Below are positions 27,937 to 37,426 of a stretch of DNA of 64,000 bases, in pieces. This DNA is from a virus (lineage: Duplodnaviria; Caudoviricetes). The notes under the pieces were generated by a model. It saw nothing but the letters and a program-made list of their open reading frames with translations. It did not search any database and had not been told where the DNA came from. The stretch lies in the IMG/VR virus record IMGVR_UViG_3300042691_041259, positions 32,001 to 96,000 of that record; one strand, given 5' to 3'. Both the position numbers and the translations under genes were made by a program. Each line of letters begins with the position of its first letter. The stretch's first letter is position 1.

Positions 27937-28439
27937 TAGGAATTAACTCTTTTGAACAGAAACTCCTCAGTAACAATGATGAAGTTCTTATTATTAAGCC
28001 GGGCAAACTCTTGCGCTGCTTTAAATTTTGCCCGGTTTACCAACCAATCTGCTGCCATTTTATTGTATTCCTTTAGTCTCTTTATAGTAGTCAGACCTTC
28101 TTTCATTGAAGGCTGCTTTAAAGATTTTGAAGGTTTGATTTCTACCAGGTATTCAACTGGGCCATCCGGCTTTTGCAACTTCATATAAAAGTCTACAAAA
28201 TAACTGTGTTCCCTATTGTCCAAAGGACTAATGTATGGGATCGGAACTGGCTCAGAAGACCAAGAAATAACTTCAGGGGTTGAGTCGCAATATTTGCAAA
28301 AACGATACTCCCAAGAAGAACGATAAATGATTTTTGATGGATCACCTATATACTTCTCAGGAATGTTAGGCACAAAATAACCCTGCCGAAAACGGCTTCT
28401 CTTATGAGGTGGATTTGTTTTGTTGGTTTTTGCTCTCAC
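27936..28439 (-). CDS. gp4: Head completion nuclease (T4 gp4-like, TnsA-type PD-(D/E)xK)
   Basis: GYF.P..P.KY.GD...IIYRSSWE..F..YCD....V..WSSE...IPY..P.D...H.Y.VDF...LVEIKP...N.AK..AA. Confidence 0.92.
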   Translation of the reverse strand: MRAKTNKTNPPHKRSRFRQGYFVPNIPEKYIGDPSKIIYRSSWEYRFCKYCDSTPEVISWSSEPVPIPYISPLDNREHSYFVDFYMKLQKPDGPVEYLVEIKPSKSLKQPSMKEGLTTIKRLKEYNKMAADWLVNRAKFKAAQEFARLNNKNFIIVTEEFLFKRVNS

Positions 28440-28873
28440 AGTGTAAACACATTATCGTGACTGAGCGATACTTTTTCTCCAGCAGACAGCGGATGCAATT
28501 TACGCCATCCTTTTGCAAAGCCGTTTTTGATCATTTGCGTAAAATATGCAAAAGGATCTTTTGATTTTTCTGGATTGTAACTTCTCCAGTAACGTACCAC
28601 GTCCATCATTGCAAAAGCAATACAGTCTTTTCGATCTTCTTCATCACGATATCTCAATTTTTTAGAAGCTTCGCGAGCCATAGTCTGAAACATCTCAATT
28701 GCTCGAGGAGTCAGCGCATCTTTTTCGCGAGACCTTAAAACTTCTTCTCGAAGTTCTTTGGGATCAACGTAATAGTTTGATGGATTCTTTTTTACGCGGC
28801 CGGTGTTGCTGCGTTGGATGTCTCCCTTTCCTTCTCCAGGGAGTTCTTGTAGGTTGTTAGTTCCGTTATGCAT
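28436..28873 (-). CDS. gp55: Late-transcription sigma factor (T4 gp55-like)
   Basis: YV..KEL.EEV...A.EMF...A......Y.D.EDR.D.IA.A....VRYW..YNPEKS.DPFAYFTQ.I.N.F. Confidence 0.85.
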   Translation of the reverse strand: MHNGTNNLQELPGEGKGDIQRSNTGRVKKNPSNYYVDPKELREEVLRSREKDALTPRAIEMFQTMAREASKKLRYRDEEDRKDCIAFAMMDVVRYWRSYNPEKSKDPFAYFTQMIKNGFAKGWRKLHPLSAGEKVSLSHDNVFTL

Positions 28874-29421
28874 GAGTCTATTGCTTCTGATGAGAATGAA
28901 GTTCCTTCATCAACGGTTATTTTAAGTTCTTGAAGTTGCGCAATAGCGTTTTCGACTTGAACCAACACGTTGTCCATTTTACCGGTTACTTCATCTGGTT
29001 TGTTTTCATCTGTTTTCGGATTGTTTTTTATATCCGTTTCAGAATTGTATACACCAGCTTCAAAAAGTTTTACGTCGGACTTCTTAACGCTTGCCAACTT
29101 CTTATTAGGCAATATGATATCCACATTTTCGTTGTCGGCTTTTGATGTGTAGTCAAGAGCTTTAATCTGGACTTCGGTTCCAGCTGGAACCCCTTGTACC
29201 GCAACGCTAAGTTTTGCTTTTACGTACCCCTCTTGTTTTTCCTCTTTAATAGCAACGGTCCCGCCATCCCCTTGTGAATTGATTTCAACAGGATTGCCGG
29301 ACTTTGCTCGATGCTTTTTGTCTAGGGGCTGAAGGAGTTTAGCCTCTACTTTAGAGGTATCTCCTTTATCATCGACTACAGTAATGATTCCACCAGCGGA
29401 GTCAACCGCGGTAATGTTCAC
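28792..29421 (-). CDS. Hypothetical protein; probable -1 frameshift extension of upstream ORF
   Basis: Begins at GTG overlapping A_AAA_AAG_TGA of upstream ORF; contains SH3-like segments. Confidence 0.7.
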   Translation of the reverse strand: MNITAVDSAGGIITVVDDKGDTSKVEAKLLQPLDKKHRAKSGNPVEINSQGDGGTVAIKEEKQEGYVKAKLSVAVQGVPAGTEVQIKALDYTSKADNENVDIILPNKKLASVKKSDVKLFEAGVYNSETDIKNNPKTDENKPDEVTGKMDNVLVQVENAIAQLQELKITVDEGTSFSSEAIDSCITELTTYKNSLEKERETSNAATPAA

Positions 29422-29427
29422 TTTTTT
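29392..29427 (-). promoter_or_regulatory. Candidate -1 programmed ribosomal frameshift signal (A_AAA_AAG + 8-nt spacer + hairpin)
   Basis: Minus strand GGA AAA AAA AAG TGA ACATT ACCGCGG-TTGACT-CCGC(T)GGT. Confidence 0.65.
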
Positions 29428-30992
29428 TTTCCTAGCGTAGCGGTGTCGCCTACATTAAAACCAAGGCCTTCAGATACTGTGGTGGCTGCGGTTTCAGCGT
29501 TGGCAAGCTTAGCGTATTCAGACTTAAGAAAATTGATCTCTTCATCAATTGCAGAGATGAGATCTTTTACCTCAGCCTCTTCGCTCATTCCGTCAGGAAG
29601 ATTTTCAAGCTTTGAACGTTGCTCAGTAAGATGAGCTATTGACTGTACAAATTCTTCTTTAAGTGTAGACATCTTTTTCAATTCCTTTTCCTCCTCATTT
29701 AAGAGTTCGGCAAATGTAGAAGAAATGTCAGTCTTCATGAATTCCATTACAAGATTCTTGGTTTGAGTAGCATTGCAATCTGTGTAGAATACGCTTTCAT
29801 TCATCAATTTGTTTGACTTGTTGATGAAGATATTTTCTCCCAAGAAGAATAGTGTCATTGATTTGCCAGCGTCAGACTTTGATGTGATAGTCTTGGCAAA
29901 ATCCATTTCAAAAATATTGTTCCAGTTTTCAGAGATAGCAAAAATAGCATTAATGTTTTTGCTTTCAGTCATTCTGAATACTCCAGCATTAAGATATACT
30001 TTATGAATGTCTTCTTTATTTACAACCTTTCCATTGATCTTTACTTGAGACTCGCTGATTTCAATCACTTTGTCTCCTGAGTATAACTTAATCAAGCCTT
30101 CAGCCACAATTACGTTATCCCAGGTAAGAATATCAGCTACTGCTTTGAAAGATTCTGGAAGAGCTGTTATCTCATCGCTTGATGCAATGGCAATAGAATT
30201 ACCTTCTTTTTTGTATACTTGTGAACCTGCAAGGAAAAACTCGCTGGATTCTGCTATGAAAACTGGTGAATATACTCGGTTGATATTGCAGCTAGTATCG
30301 CTTGCTGCTATATGGAAAGCTCTTTCAGATTCAGAAAGAAACTTATGCAGATTTTTTACATTTGGATCAAATAAAAACTGTGAAGCCTTTTCCATGAGCT
30401 TTACTCTTGAAGAAGAATTGCGATTGTTCAAATACTCATCTAATTGAGCAGACATTGCTGGCATTAAATAGTTTGAAGTAGAACGCTTAATGTTTTCTAC
30501 AATTTTGTAGATTGTAATTTCTTCACGGAATTTCTCAGAATTCTCTGTCAATGATTTCAAACATTCATTAACAGTAGGATCCCAGTTAAATGGTGTGAGG
30601 GAAGCGATAACGCTTTCAATAATCATCCATTCTGGTTGTGCAGTCACAGCTTTAAGCTTTTCAAACATATATGAGAAAGCTGGATGCTTTGAGATCTCAG
30701 ACTCGCCAATAACAGCAAATGTCTTCTTTACTCCGAGATTGTTTAAGTTTTCGATTCTCTTTTCGATAACGTTCATTGAAATGAACTGCTTTGCAGACTC
30801 ATCCTCAATTTTTGACAGACCTTCAATAAGTGTGTTCAAAATATCTGCCTCAAGAACTGAGTTTTCTTCTGCAGAAATAGCATAGGCGTTATTGCTGTCG
30901 ATTCGACGGATAGCCTCGTTGCATGCATTAAGTACTGCGGTTGACGTTGTTTTGGTCTGCAGTGTTTCAATTCTATTTCTTAGTGTAGACAT
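29418..30992 (-). CDS. Hypothetical 524-aa helical protein, probably virion/late
   Basis: Long ORF, preceded by GATATATA motif, coiled-coil C-terminus, in head gene cluster. Confidence 0.8.
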   Translation of the reverse strand: MSTLRNRIETLQTKTTSTAVLNACNEAIRRIDSNNAYAISAEENSVLEADILNTLIEGLSKIEDESAKQFISMNVIEKRIENLNNLGVKKTFAVIGESEISKHPAFSYMFEKLKAVTAQPEWMIIESVIASLTPFNWDPTVNECLKSLTENSEKFREEITIYKIVENIKRSTSNYLMPAMSAQLDEYLNNRNSSSRVKLMEKASQFLFDPNVKNLHKFLSESERAFHIAASDTSCNINRVYSPVFIAESSEFFLAGSQVYKKEGNSIAIASSDEITALPESFKAVADILTWDNVIVAEGLIKLYSGDKVIEISESQVKINGKVVNKEDIHKVYLNAGVFRMTESKNINAIFAISENWNNIFEMDFAKTITSKSDAGKSMTLFFLGENIFINKSNKLMNESVFYTDCNATQTKNLVMEFMKTDISSTFAELLNEEEKELKKMSTLKEEFVQSIAHLTEQRSKLENLPDGMSEEAEVKDLISAIDEEINFLKSEYAKLANAETAATTVSEGLGFNVGDTATLGKKK

Positions 30993-31023
30993 GTGCCTTA
31001 TTTTGTTTTTATTTTCTTCTAAC

Positions 31024-31031
31024 TATATATC
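31024..31031 (-). promoter_or_regulatory. Putative late promoter GATATATA
   Basis: Exact 8-mer 32 nt before ATG at 30992. Confidence 0.55.
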
Positions 31032-31057
31032 TCTCCCTTTTAGCAATCTATGAAACA

Positions 31058-32590
31058 TTACTTGACAGTTATGTGACCATCGATAAGCCCGCCTTGTATT
31101 AAAGTCAAAGGCGAGGATAAGTTAGCGTTGTTTGTTATTTGTATTTCGTTAGTTGCTTCCATTATTTGCTCAACAGTACTACCGATAGGAATACCAGCTC
31201 CTACAACAGGCATACCTATATAGATACCAAGAGCGTCAAGGTTGCCCGCTATTGATATGTTTGGTATAAGATTTGTGAGCATATTTGACCCGTTAGTGGT
31301 CTGTGCCTGAAATTCTATAGGCTTTCTTAAAATTTGCGAGACGCTTTCATTATTTGCGTCCTCTATCAAAAGCTCAAATTTGTTTACCGGAGTAGGATCA
31401 AAATCTGCGCCAACCGCATATACGGTAGATCCTATTATCGTGCCAGCAACTACGTTTGGCGATATTGTTGGCGCTATAGTTGCATGAGACGTATCATTAA
31501 CTATAATGCTATCCGTTCCCAGGTATGTATAACCTCCATTAAGAACTATGATATTTTCTACGTTTCCAAGAGCATTGATGATTGCTCTTAACGAAGCGCC
31601 CTGTCCAGATTGCGTGCTTACAAAAGCTTTTGTTGTTTCTGGTTTGGTTTCCGCTCCACTTGTGTTAAAGAATGGGATGTTCCATGTATAAGACCCAGAG
31701 TTTTTTAGATTTTTGACAATTGGAATCCAATCTGGATTGCCCACTCTTCTATAGTATATGTTAACTCTGGTAATAGGGCCTGTGTTTGTCCATGAAATAA
31801 TCGATTGGCCGGAAGAAAAGTAAATTTCACCATGGCTTGGCGAAGTGATTTCAAATCTTGGAAGATTGTATTTTTCATCAGATTTCCACTCAATGTTTGG
31901 TCCGCCTGGGTAATTCATACGGTTTCCGCCAAATCTTTCCGTAGTTGGATCGGTAACTGGGAAGTATGTTTCCAATTGCAATGGAACGTTGAAAGCAATT
32001 TCTGTTTCTGACTGATACGTGAATTCGAAAGTCTTTTCTATTCCTTGGTCTTCTGGGAATCCTACTTGGCATGGAACACGGAAACCTCTAAACTCTACTG
32101 AAAATACTTGTGTTTTGTAAAAAGTCTCTAGCACCGATTGCTGTATCTTAAAAGCATCAAGAGAAGTATCCGCTACAATCTTTACATCAAAGTTCATTGA
32201 TAGCGGTATTGGATTGATGAATGCGTTATATGTAATAACATCATTGCCAATCTGCTTTACATAATTGCCTCGTACAAATCGGTTAGCCATCATATTGGTG
32301 TTGATGGTACTGGAACTGAGAGTAACTATTCCACGAGGTATTGGATCAACATTTCCATCCACCATCTGAGGAGTCATACATTCATTCCACTGAAGAAAAT
32401 AGTCCTGTAAAAACCTCTCATCTCCACCAAAGTTATAGTAGAAAGGAACTGTCACCGATTTGATATCGGTATCCGAATAGATGTTTTCATACTGAACTTT
32501 ACTATTCAGAAGATTGACTAAACCAACAATCACAGCTCGCGCATGTACATTGTCCGTATTGTACTTATGTAGGTAGTTGGAAGTTGGCAA
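31058..32590 (-). CDS. Tail terminator / sheath stabiliser (T4 gp15-like) with C-terminal Ig-like extensions
   Basis: N-term VPFYY..G.ERFL...PRG...L.......R ... P.P..MNF.V.I......D..KI...LE.F resembles gp15; C-term ITSP..GE...G...ISW..G....VNIYY...W..I...N.GSY.W.IP Ig-like segment. Confidence 0.65.
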   Translation of the reverse strand: MPTSNYLHKYNTDNVHARAVIVGLVNLLNSKVQYENIYSDTDIKSVTVPFYYNFGGDERFLQDYFLQWNECMTPQMVDGNVDPIPRGIVTLSSSTINTNMMANRFVRGNYVKQIGNDVITYNAFINPIPLSMNFDVKIVADTSLDAFKIQQSVLETFYKTQVFSVEFRGFRVPCQVGFPEDQGIEKTFEFTYQSETEIAFNVPLQLETYFPVTDPTTERFGGNRMNYPGGPNIEWKSDEKYNLPRFEITSPSHGEIYFSSGQSIISWTNTGPITRVNIYYRRVGNPDWIPIVKNLKNSGSYTWNIPFFNTSGAETKPETTKAFVSTQSGQGASLRAIINALGNVENIIVLNGGYTYLGTDSIIVNDTSHATIAPTISPNVVAGTIIGSTVYAVGADFDPTPVNKFELLIEDANNESVSQILRKPIEFQAQTTNGSNMLTNLIPNISIAGNLDALGIYIGMPVVGAGIPIGSTVEQIMEATNEIQITNNANLSSPLTLIQGGLIDGHITVK

Positions 32591-32606
32591 AACTTAGTGC
32601 TTTTTC

Positions 32607-32614
32607 TATATATC
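32607..32614 (-). promoter_or_regulatory. Putative late promoter GATATATA upstream of gp15-like gene
   Basis: Exact 8-mer just after the gp46 stop. Confidence 0.55.
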
Positions 32615-34291
32615 TTAGCTAACCGGTTCAATACTTAGTTCAGAGAACCCGTTCTTCTTTTCAATTTCCACTCGGTAGTTAAATAGCTCAGTAGGTAAGC
32701 TACTATGGTTGATTACAAATGTATGCAGACCTAGTTCTCGAGAAGTATTTGATAGCACTCCTAAAATATGCCAGATTCCATCGGAATCAATAGATGAAAA
32801 GATTTCGTCTAGGAAAATGAGGTTCAGTCCATGAAACTTAATTTTCATAATTTTGATCAAGGCAATAAGGACCGCAAAGTCAACCTTCTTTCGCTCGCCC
32901 GTGCTTAATTGGTCTACGGAAACATCGTATCCCATGTGCATAATTTTTACGCCAAAGTCTTCTCCAAATGTAACTCGATAGTCTACGTTAAGATCCTTTA
33001 GAACTTTACGGACTTCCTGGTTGAGAACCGGTACGATCCTTTTAATGGCTGACAGCTTTACTCCTCGGTCTCCAAAGACTTCCTCAATTATTTTATAGAA
33101 ATGAGCCTTCTTTTCTTCCTCATCCTTTTTCTTGATAGCTTCTTCTCGCTTACGACCAGAATCCTCAATGATATTTTTAAGGGAGCTGGTTTGTTCATCT
33201 TTTATCAGCTCGTCAGAAAGAGAACCAAGATCTTTTTGTAAAGCCAAAATTTTGGCTCGAGCTGTAGTCTTCTTATTATTAAGATCCGTTTTGATTTCAG
33301 AAATCTTTTTGCCACTTTCGTCAAGCTTCTTTTGAGATTCCCGTATGTCACCAAGTTCTTTTTCAATTTCCACCGACTCTTCCGCAATCTGTTCTAAAAG
33401 ATTTTTGTGGTAGTCAGTATGCAAGTCACTTCCGCAAGTAGGACAGCAGTCATTGTTATACAAGGTTTCTTTCTCTTTCCGGGTCCTCAGTTCATACTGT
33501 TTTTCGGTAAGTTGCTTTCCAATCTCTCTAAGAGAAGCCTTTAAGGTTCCTTCGCGTTCTTCTACCTCAGTCAGCCTAATATCGGCTTCCTTAATATACG
33601 CCTGCACTTTTTGAATGCTTTCAATCAATTGAGTTTTCTTTTCCTCATCGGCAGACTTTAACTTTTCAAAAAGTATCTGCAGCTCATCAGAAGAAGTTTC
33701 AATGGATCTTTCCAAAACCGAAATCTCGGTTTCAACATTGGTGATACTTTCGCGAATTGTTTTGATGTGTTCCTTTACATGCCACCTCATAATTCCAAGC
33801 ATTTCTAGTCCAAAAAGCTTGTCAATAATTAGACGCTTATCGTACGGAGACATTCCCAAGAACGACTTAAAGTCGTTAATTGAGAGCGAAACTATATTGT
33901 TAAAAATGTAGTATGGCATTCCCAGGATCTCTTCCTCAAGAAACTCTTGCACATTTCTCTTCCCTGCCTGGTCATATTCCTTTCCATTGATAGAAACTCG
34001 GAAAAAGTTAGGGGCAAGTCCGCGTTCAATAGAAACTTCAACGCCTGCCATTTTTTCCACTACAATTTTCACATACATATTTCCATTGAAGCGGTTAGGA
34101 ATATCCCGGTTCTTCTTATTATCCAGCTTTCCATAAAGGCCGTACTTGATAACATCGGATATGGTGGATTTGCCAGCGCCATTATGGCCAGTCACTACAT
34201 AAAAGGCTCCTTGGTTTGGATCAAATTGGATTTTTTGTAGTCGGTTCCCGTATGAGCCGAAGTTCTTAAAAGCAATTTCTTTTATTTTCAT
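32615..34291 (-). CDS. gp46: Recombination nuclease ATPase subunit (T4 gp46 / Rad50-SbcC)
   Basis: Walker A GHNGAGKST, zinc hook CPTC, signature LSTGE, Walker B LIFLDEIFSSID. Confidence 0.95.
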   Translation of the reverse strand: MKIKEIAFKNFGSYGNRLQKIQFDPNQGAFYVVTGHNGAGKSTISDVIKYGLYGKLDNKKNRDIPNRFNGNMYVKIVVEKMAGVEVSIERGLAPNFFRVSINGKEYDQAGKRNVQEFLEEEILGMPYYIFNNIVSLSINDFKSFLGMSPYDKRLIIDKLFGLEMLGIMRWHVKEHIKTIRESITNVETEISVLERSIETSSDELQILFEKLKSADEEKKTQLIESIQKVQAYIKEADIRLTEVEEREGTLKASLREIGKQLTEKQYELRTRKEKETLYNNDCCPTCGSDLHTDYHKNLLEQIAEESVEIEKELGDIRESQKKLDESGKKISEIKTDLNNKKTTARAKILALQKDLGSLSDELIKDEQTSSLKNIIEDSGRKREEAIKKKDEEEKKAHFYKIIEEVFGDRGVKLSAIKRIVPVLNQEVRKVLKDLNVDYRVTFGEDFGVKIMHMGYDVSVDQLSTGERKKVDFAVLIALIKIMKIKFHGLNLIFLDEIFSSIDSDGIWHILGVLSNTSRELGLHTFVINHSSLPTELFNYRVEIEKKNGFSELSIEPVS

Positions 34292-35373
34292 TCGGTGGTT
34301 CCTTTACTTAGATTTTGAAGTGTTTTGTTGTAAAACTGTGTGGAAGCTTTAAACAACTTTTCTTTTAGAGCATCATTGTATGGCAGAGTTTGGATATGCA
34401 TTTCAATCATTCTCAAGAGATTGATTTCCTCAGTCTCTACCGGCAAGTCTTCATCGTTCTCAGATTCAACCGTGGTTATTACATAGTTAAGTTTACGGTA
34501 ACCGGTAAAAGCCTCGGTAAACATGGAAAACGGAAACCATGAAGCCCAGGTTGCATCCACCATTACATCCACATAGTTATTAAAGAACATTTTCTGCAAG
34601 TCTTCTATTGACTGATCCATGAGCCAAGCCAATTTGTATTTTACAAACTTAGGTGAATGTTCATTAACAAACTGTTGTTCTTCCAGCGTTTCCAAGTCCA
34701 ACAGCCAAACGCTTTTAGTATTTCCGTTATCGCTTCGGGTGAGCTGATATGGAGATCCAAGCATTCGAACATTTTTAAAAGACTGTGCCCAGTGAATGTG
34801 GCCTGAATAAACCTTTTGAAAGTTTTTGAAAGTATCAACATCGTTTCCTTCTTCTACCTTTTGAGTCTTATTGAAGGTGAATCCTCGGATATCCGTGTGA
34901 CAGAATACCAGATCAGCATAGTTCTCTGGGTTATTAAGGACTTCAGATTCTGCTTCATGTCCATCACGCCATGGCATCATTAAAGCAGTGCGCTTTCCGA
35001 ACCGAACCTTTGCAGGCTCTTCAAATACATGTATGTTTGGATTGTTTTTGAAGATCCTTAATGAATTGATTTCATTAGAACTCTTCATAAAGATATCGTG
35101 ATTGCCTATAATCATATAGGTAGGCAATATTGATGCTACGTCTTCAAAAATTGCAATGCCTTTGTTCATTACATATAGGTTAATTGACTGACGAGAGTCA
35201 AATACATCCCCACAATGAACTAATACATCTCCGGGCTGATAGTGTTCTTTCAGTATTGGAATAAAAAAGTCTCGAAAATAAGACTCAATATTGTCCATCC
35301 ACTCTCGAGAATTTGATCTCACACCCAAGTGAGTATCGCTAATCAGCCATATACGTTTTGCATCAATAGTCAT
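34288..35373 (-). CDS. gp47: Recombination nuclease subunit (T4 gp47 / Mre11-SbcD)
   Basis: ISDTHLG, GDVFD, IGNHD, FCHTD, SGHIH phosphoesterase motifs; start at MTIDAK. Confidence 0.95.
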   Translation of the reverse strand: MTIDAKRIWLISDTHLGVRSNSREWMDNIESYFRDFFIPILKEHYQPGDVLVHCGDVFDSRQSINLYVMNKGIAIFEDVASILPTYMIIGNHDIFMKSSNEINSLRIFKNNPNIHVFEEPAKVRFGKRTALMMPWRDGHEAESEVLNNPENYADLVFCHTDIRGFTFNKTQKVEEGNDVDTFKNFQKVYSGHIHWAQSFKNVRMLGSPYQLTRSDNGNTKSVWLLDLETLEEQQFVNEHSPKFVKYKLAWLMDQSIEDLQKMFFNNYVDVMVDATWASWFPFSMFTEAFTGYRKLNYVITTVESENDEDLPVETEEINLLRMIEMHIQTLPYNDALKEKLFKASTQFYNKTLQNLSKGTTE

Positions 35374-35374
35374 A

Positions 35375-35797
35375 TTAGAAAAGTCTGTGTATTTTTTTCT
35401 TTTTGAAAATGCCGTACTCCTCATCCATCTCTTTCAATAAGACTTCTTTATGTTTAACGCTCATTTCTCGGTAAAGAACTTCGTAACCCATTTCCATAAA
35501 GTCGGCTACTGCGATAAACTTTTCCATTAAGCGCATGTCGCGAGTTTTATCCAGTTCAATCTCAAAGTAGTAAAAGATTTTGCAGGAGTCTCCTTTTGGA
35601 ATTTTTCGGTTGGCAACGTATGATTGATAAAACGGAGCAGTTTTGAAAATTTCCAGTAACAATTGCTGCACTTCCATTGAAGTGTACTCATCCATTACAT
35701 CAAAGCTGTCCGGAGTATCAATCCTCATTTTAGGAAACGGCTCATACTCGATTTCTCCTGTATTGTACCGGTTGTTAAAGATTTTGTCTTCTTTCAT
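35375..35797 (-). CDS. Hypothetical protein
   Basis: 140-aa ORF tightly packed between helicase and gp47. Confidence 0.75.
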   Translation of the reverse strand: MKEDKIFNNRYNTGEIEYEPFPKMRIDTPDSFDVMDEYTSMEVQQLLLEIFKTAPFYQSYVANRKIPKGDSCKIFYYFEIELDKTRDMRLMEKFIAVADFMEMGYEVLYREMSVKHKEVLLKEMDEEYGIFKKKKIHRLF

Positions 35798-35798
35798 G

Positions 35799-37100
35799 TT
35801 ACTCAGTTATTATTTCAGTTGTTGCATCTTCGGTGATGCGCATATAATCGTAATCGATTAAGAATTTCTTTCGGCTATTCTTGTAGCCATCATCACGGTT
35901 TGCCAGAAGCTTTAATGTATATTCCCGGTTTGCGTGCATGATCTCGTCTTGAATGATACCAAACATGGCATCCACCGTATGACCTAATGCAGAAGACTCG
36001 CTAATGTTGGTAATGGAAAGATCCGTTGAGCCAAAGCCTGAGCGGTTTACCTGTGTTGCGGTTACAATTGCCCAGTCGTTTCTCATTGCCATTGCCCTGA
36101 GATCTTCCGCAATCTGCTTGATCTTCATGTACATATTCTCGGAATTTGGATTTCGCCAGTTCTTCAAGATATTTACATAGTCGAGTACAATCAATTTAAA
36201 CTTGATGCCTTTAGTTTCCTCCATTTTCTTTAAGTACTTTTCCACATCGGGAACGCCAGCAGAGGATGTTGGAAATTCTTTTACCCAAAGTTTACCAGGA
36301 ACTTTAAGACTATCATAACCCACATTACCAAGTTTCTTCTTCATGGAAACTTCATCTCTGGACTTATCATTATAGTCACGCATAGAAATTCCCAAAAGGT
36401 TTGCACCTAAACGTTTGATAAGTTTTCGGTCCCGCATCTCAAGAGAGATTACCGCAGTGTTATGACCTTCCCGAACACTATTGGCCGCAAGATTAGCAAG
36501 CCAGATTGACTTACCGATTTTCATTTCACCAATAAAACAGAATAGTGCTTTAGAATAAAAGCCACCACCAAGAACTAAATCAAGATAGCCATACCCGGTG
36601 GTAAATGTATCCTTTGTTGGCTGTAAGTGAGAATCAGGATTAAAGAAGTCAAGACCTTCGTCAAATCCAAACTCGATAGAGTTTCTTTCGTTAACGATTT
36701 CCTTTACCTTTGATACGATTTCCTTAATGTTTTCTGCCGTTACCTTAGTGGTTTTTAAGTAACTGATTACATCAAAGATAGAAGTGTCCAGGTTCTTATA
36801 CTCAATCCAGGATTCCGTGGTTTCCTTCAGCCATTCTTCCTCGTATTCTGTCAGGTTTACATCAAACAGCGATACTAGATTGGTTTCGGATAGAGTTTCC
36901 TCTAGGCCTTGCATTTTGGCAAGTTCCAATATCTGATGACGAGTCGGAGCGTCGTGATACTTTGTGCAGAATTCCCTGCTCAGTTCATATACCTTTTTGA
37001 TTAAGCCGGATTCAAAAAAGCGTGGATCAACCACGCCTTGAAGTTCACGATTTTGTAAAAGATAATGAAAGAAGATTTTTTCTAGGTGTACGGATGTCAT
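35799..37100 (-). CDS. gp41: Replicative helicase (T4 gp41 / DnaB family)
   Basis: Walker A GEMKIGKS, VISLEM, IVLDYV, ATQVNRSG, SES, NRD; start at MTSVHLEK. Confidence 0.95.
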   Translation of the reverse strand: MTSVHLEKIFFHYLLQNRELQGVVDPRFFESGLIKKVYELSREFCTKYHDAPTRHQILELAKMQGLEETLSETNLVSLFDVNLTEYEEEWLKETTESWIEYKNLDTSIFDVISYLKTTKVTAENIKEIVSKVKEIVNERNSIEFGFDEGLDFFNPDSHLQPTKDTFTTGYGYLDLVLGGGFYSKALFCFIGEMKIGKSIWLANLAANSVREGHNTAVISLEMRDRKLIKRLGANLLGISMRDYNDKSRDEVSMKKKLGNVGYDSLKVPGKLWVKEFPTSSAGVPDVEKYLKKMEETKGIKFKLIVLDYVNILKNWRNPNSENMYMKIKQIAEDLRAMAMRNDWAIVTATQVNRSGFGSTDLSITNISESSALGHTVDAMFGIIQDEIMHANREYTLKLLANRDDGYKNSRKKFLIDYDYMRITEDATTEIITE

Positions 37101-37141
37101 ATAACAATTATATTCACATTTAGGATAAGGTTTCAGATGTA

Positions 37142-37426
37142 CTATATCCAAGGATGCTTGGCCACTCGGTAAGCTCCTTCAGTAAATTCTAGCCAGCCTT
37201 CTTTCTGAAGCTTTGGCAAGGAATCTGCCAAATCCTCTTCTTCCAGGCGGGTAGTGACTTCTCTTAAAATGTCTTTTGCAATAAACGGCTCGGTAAGCTT
37301 TTCTCGTTCGCTAAGCACCGTTACAATTTCATACAAAAGATCAATGGTCGATGGGTACCCATCGACCATTTTGTATACCTCAAGCGCGTATTTTGCCTGA
37401 AGCTTGTTTCTATCAATTCTCATCAT
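37142..37426 (-). CDS. Hypothetical protein (possible winged helix)
   Basis: 94-aa ORF between uvsX and helicase. Confidence 0.65.
   Translation of the reverse strand: MMRIDRNKLQAKYALEVYKMVDGYPSTIDLLYEIVTVLSEREKLTEPFIAKDILREVTTRLEEEDLADSLPKLQKEGWLEFTEGAYRVAKHPWI

Noticed and set aside
28787-28793. Second A_AAA_AAG heptamer near the gp55-like start
   Set aside because: The upstream ORF stops at TAA before reaching it, and a -1 slip from the sigma frame hits a stop within about 15 codons.
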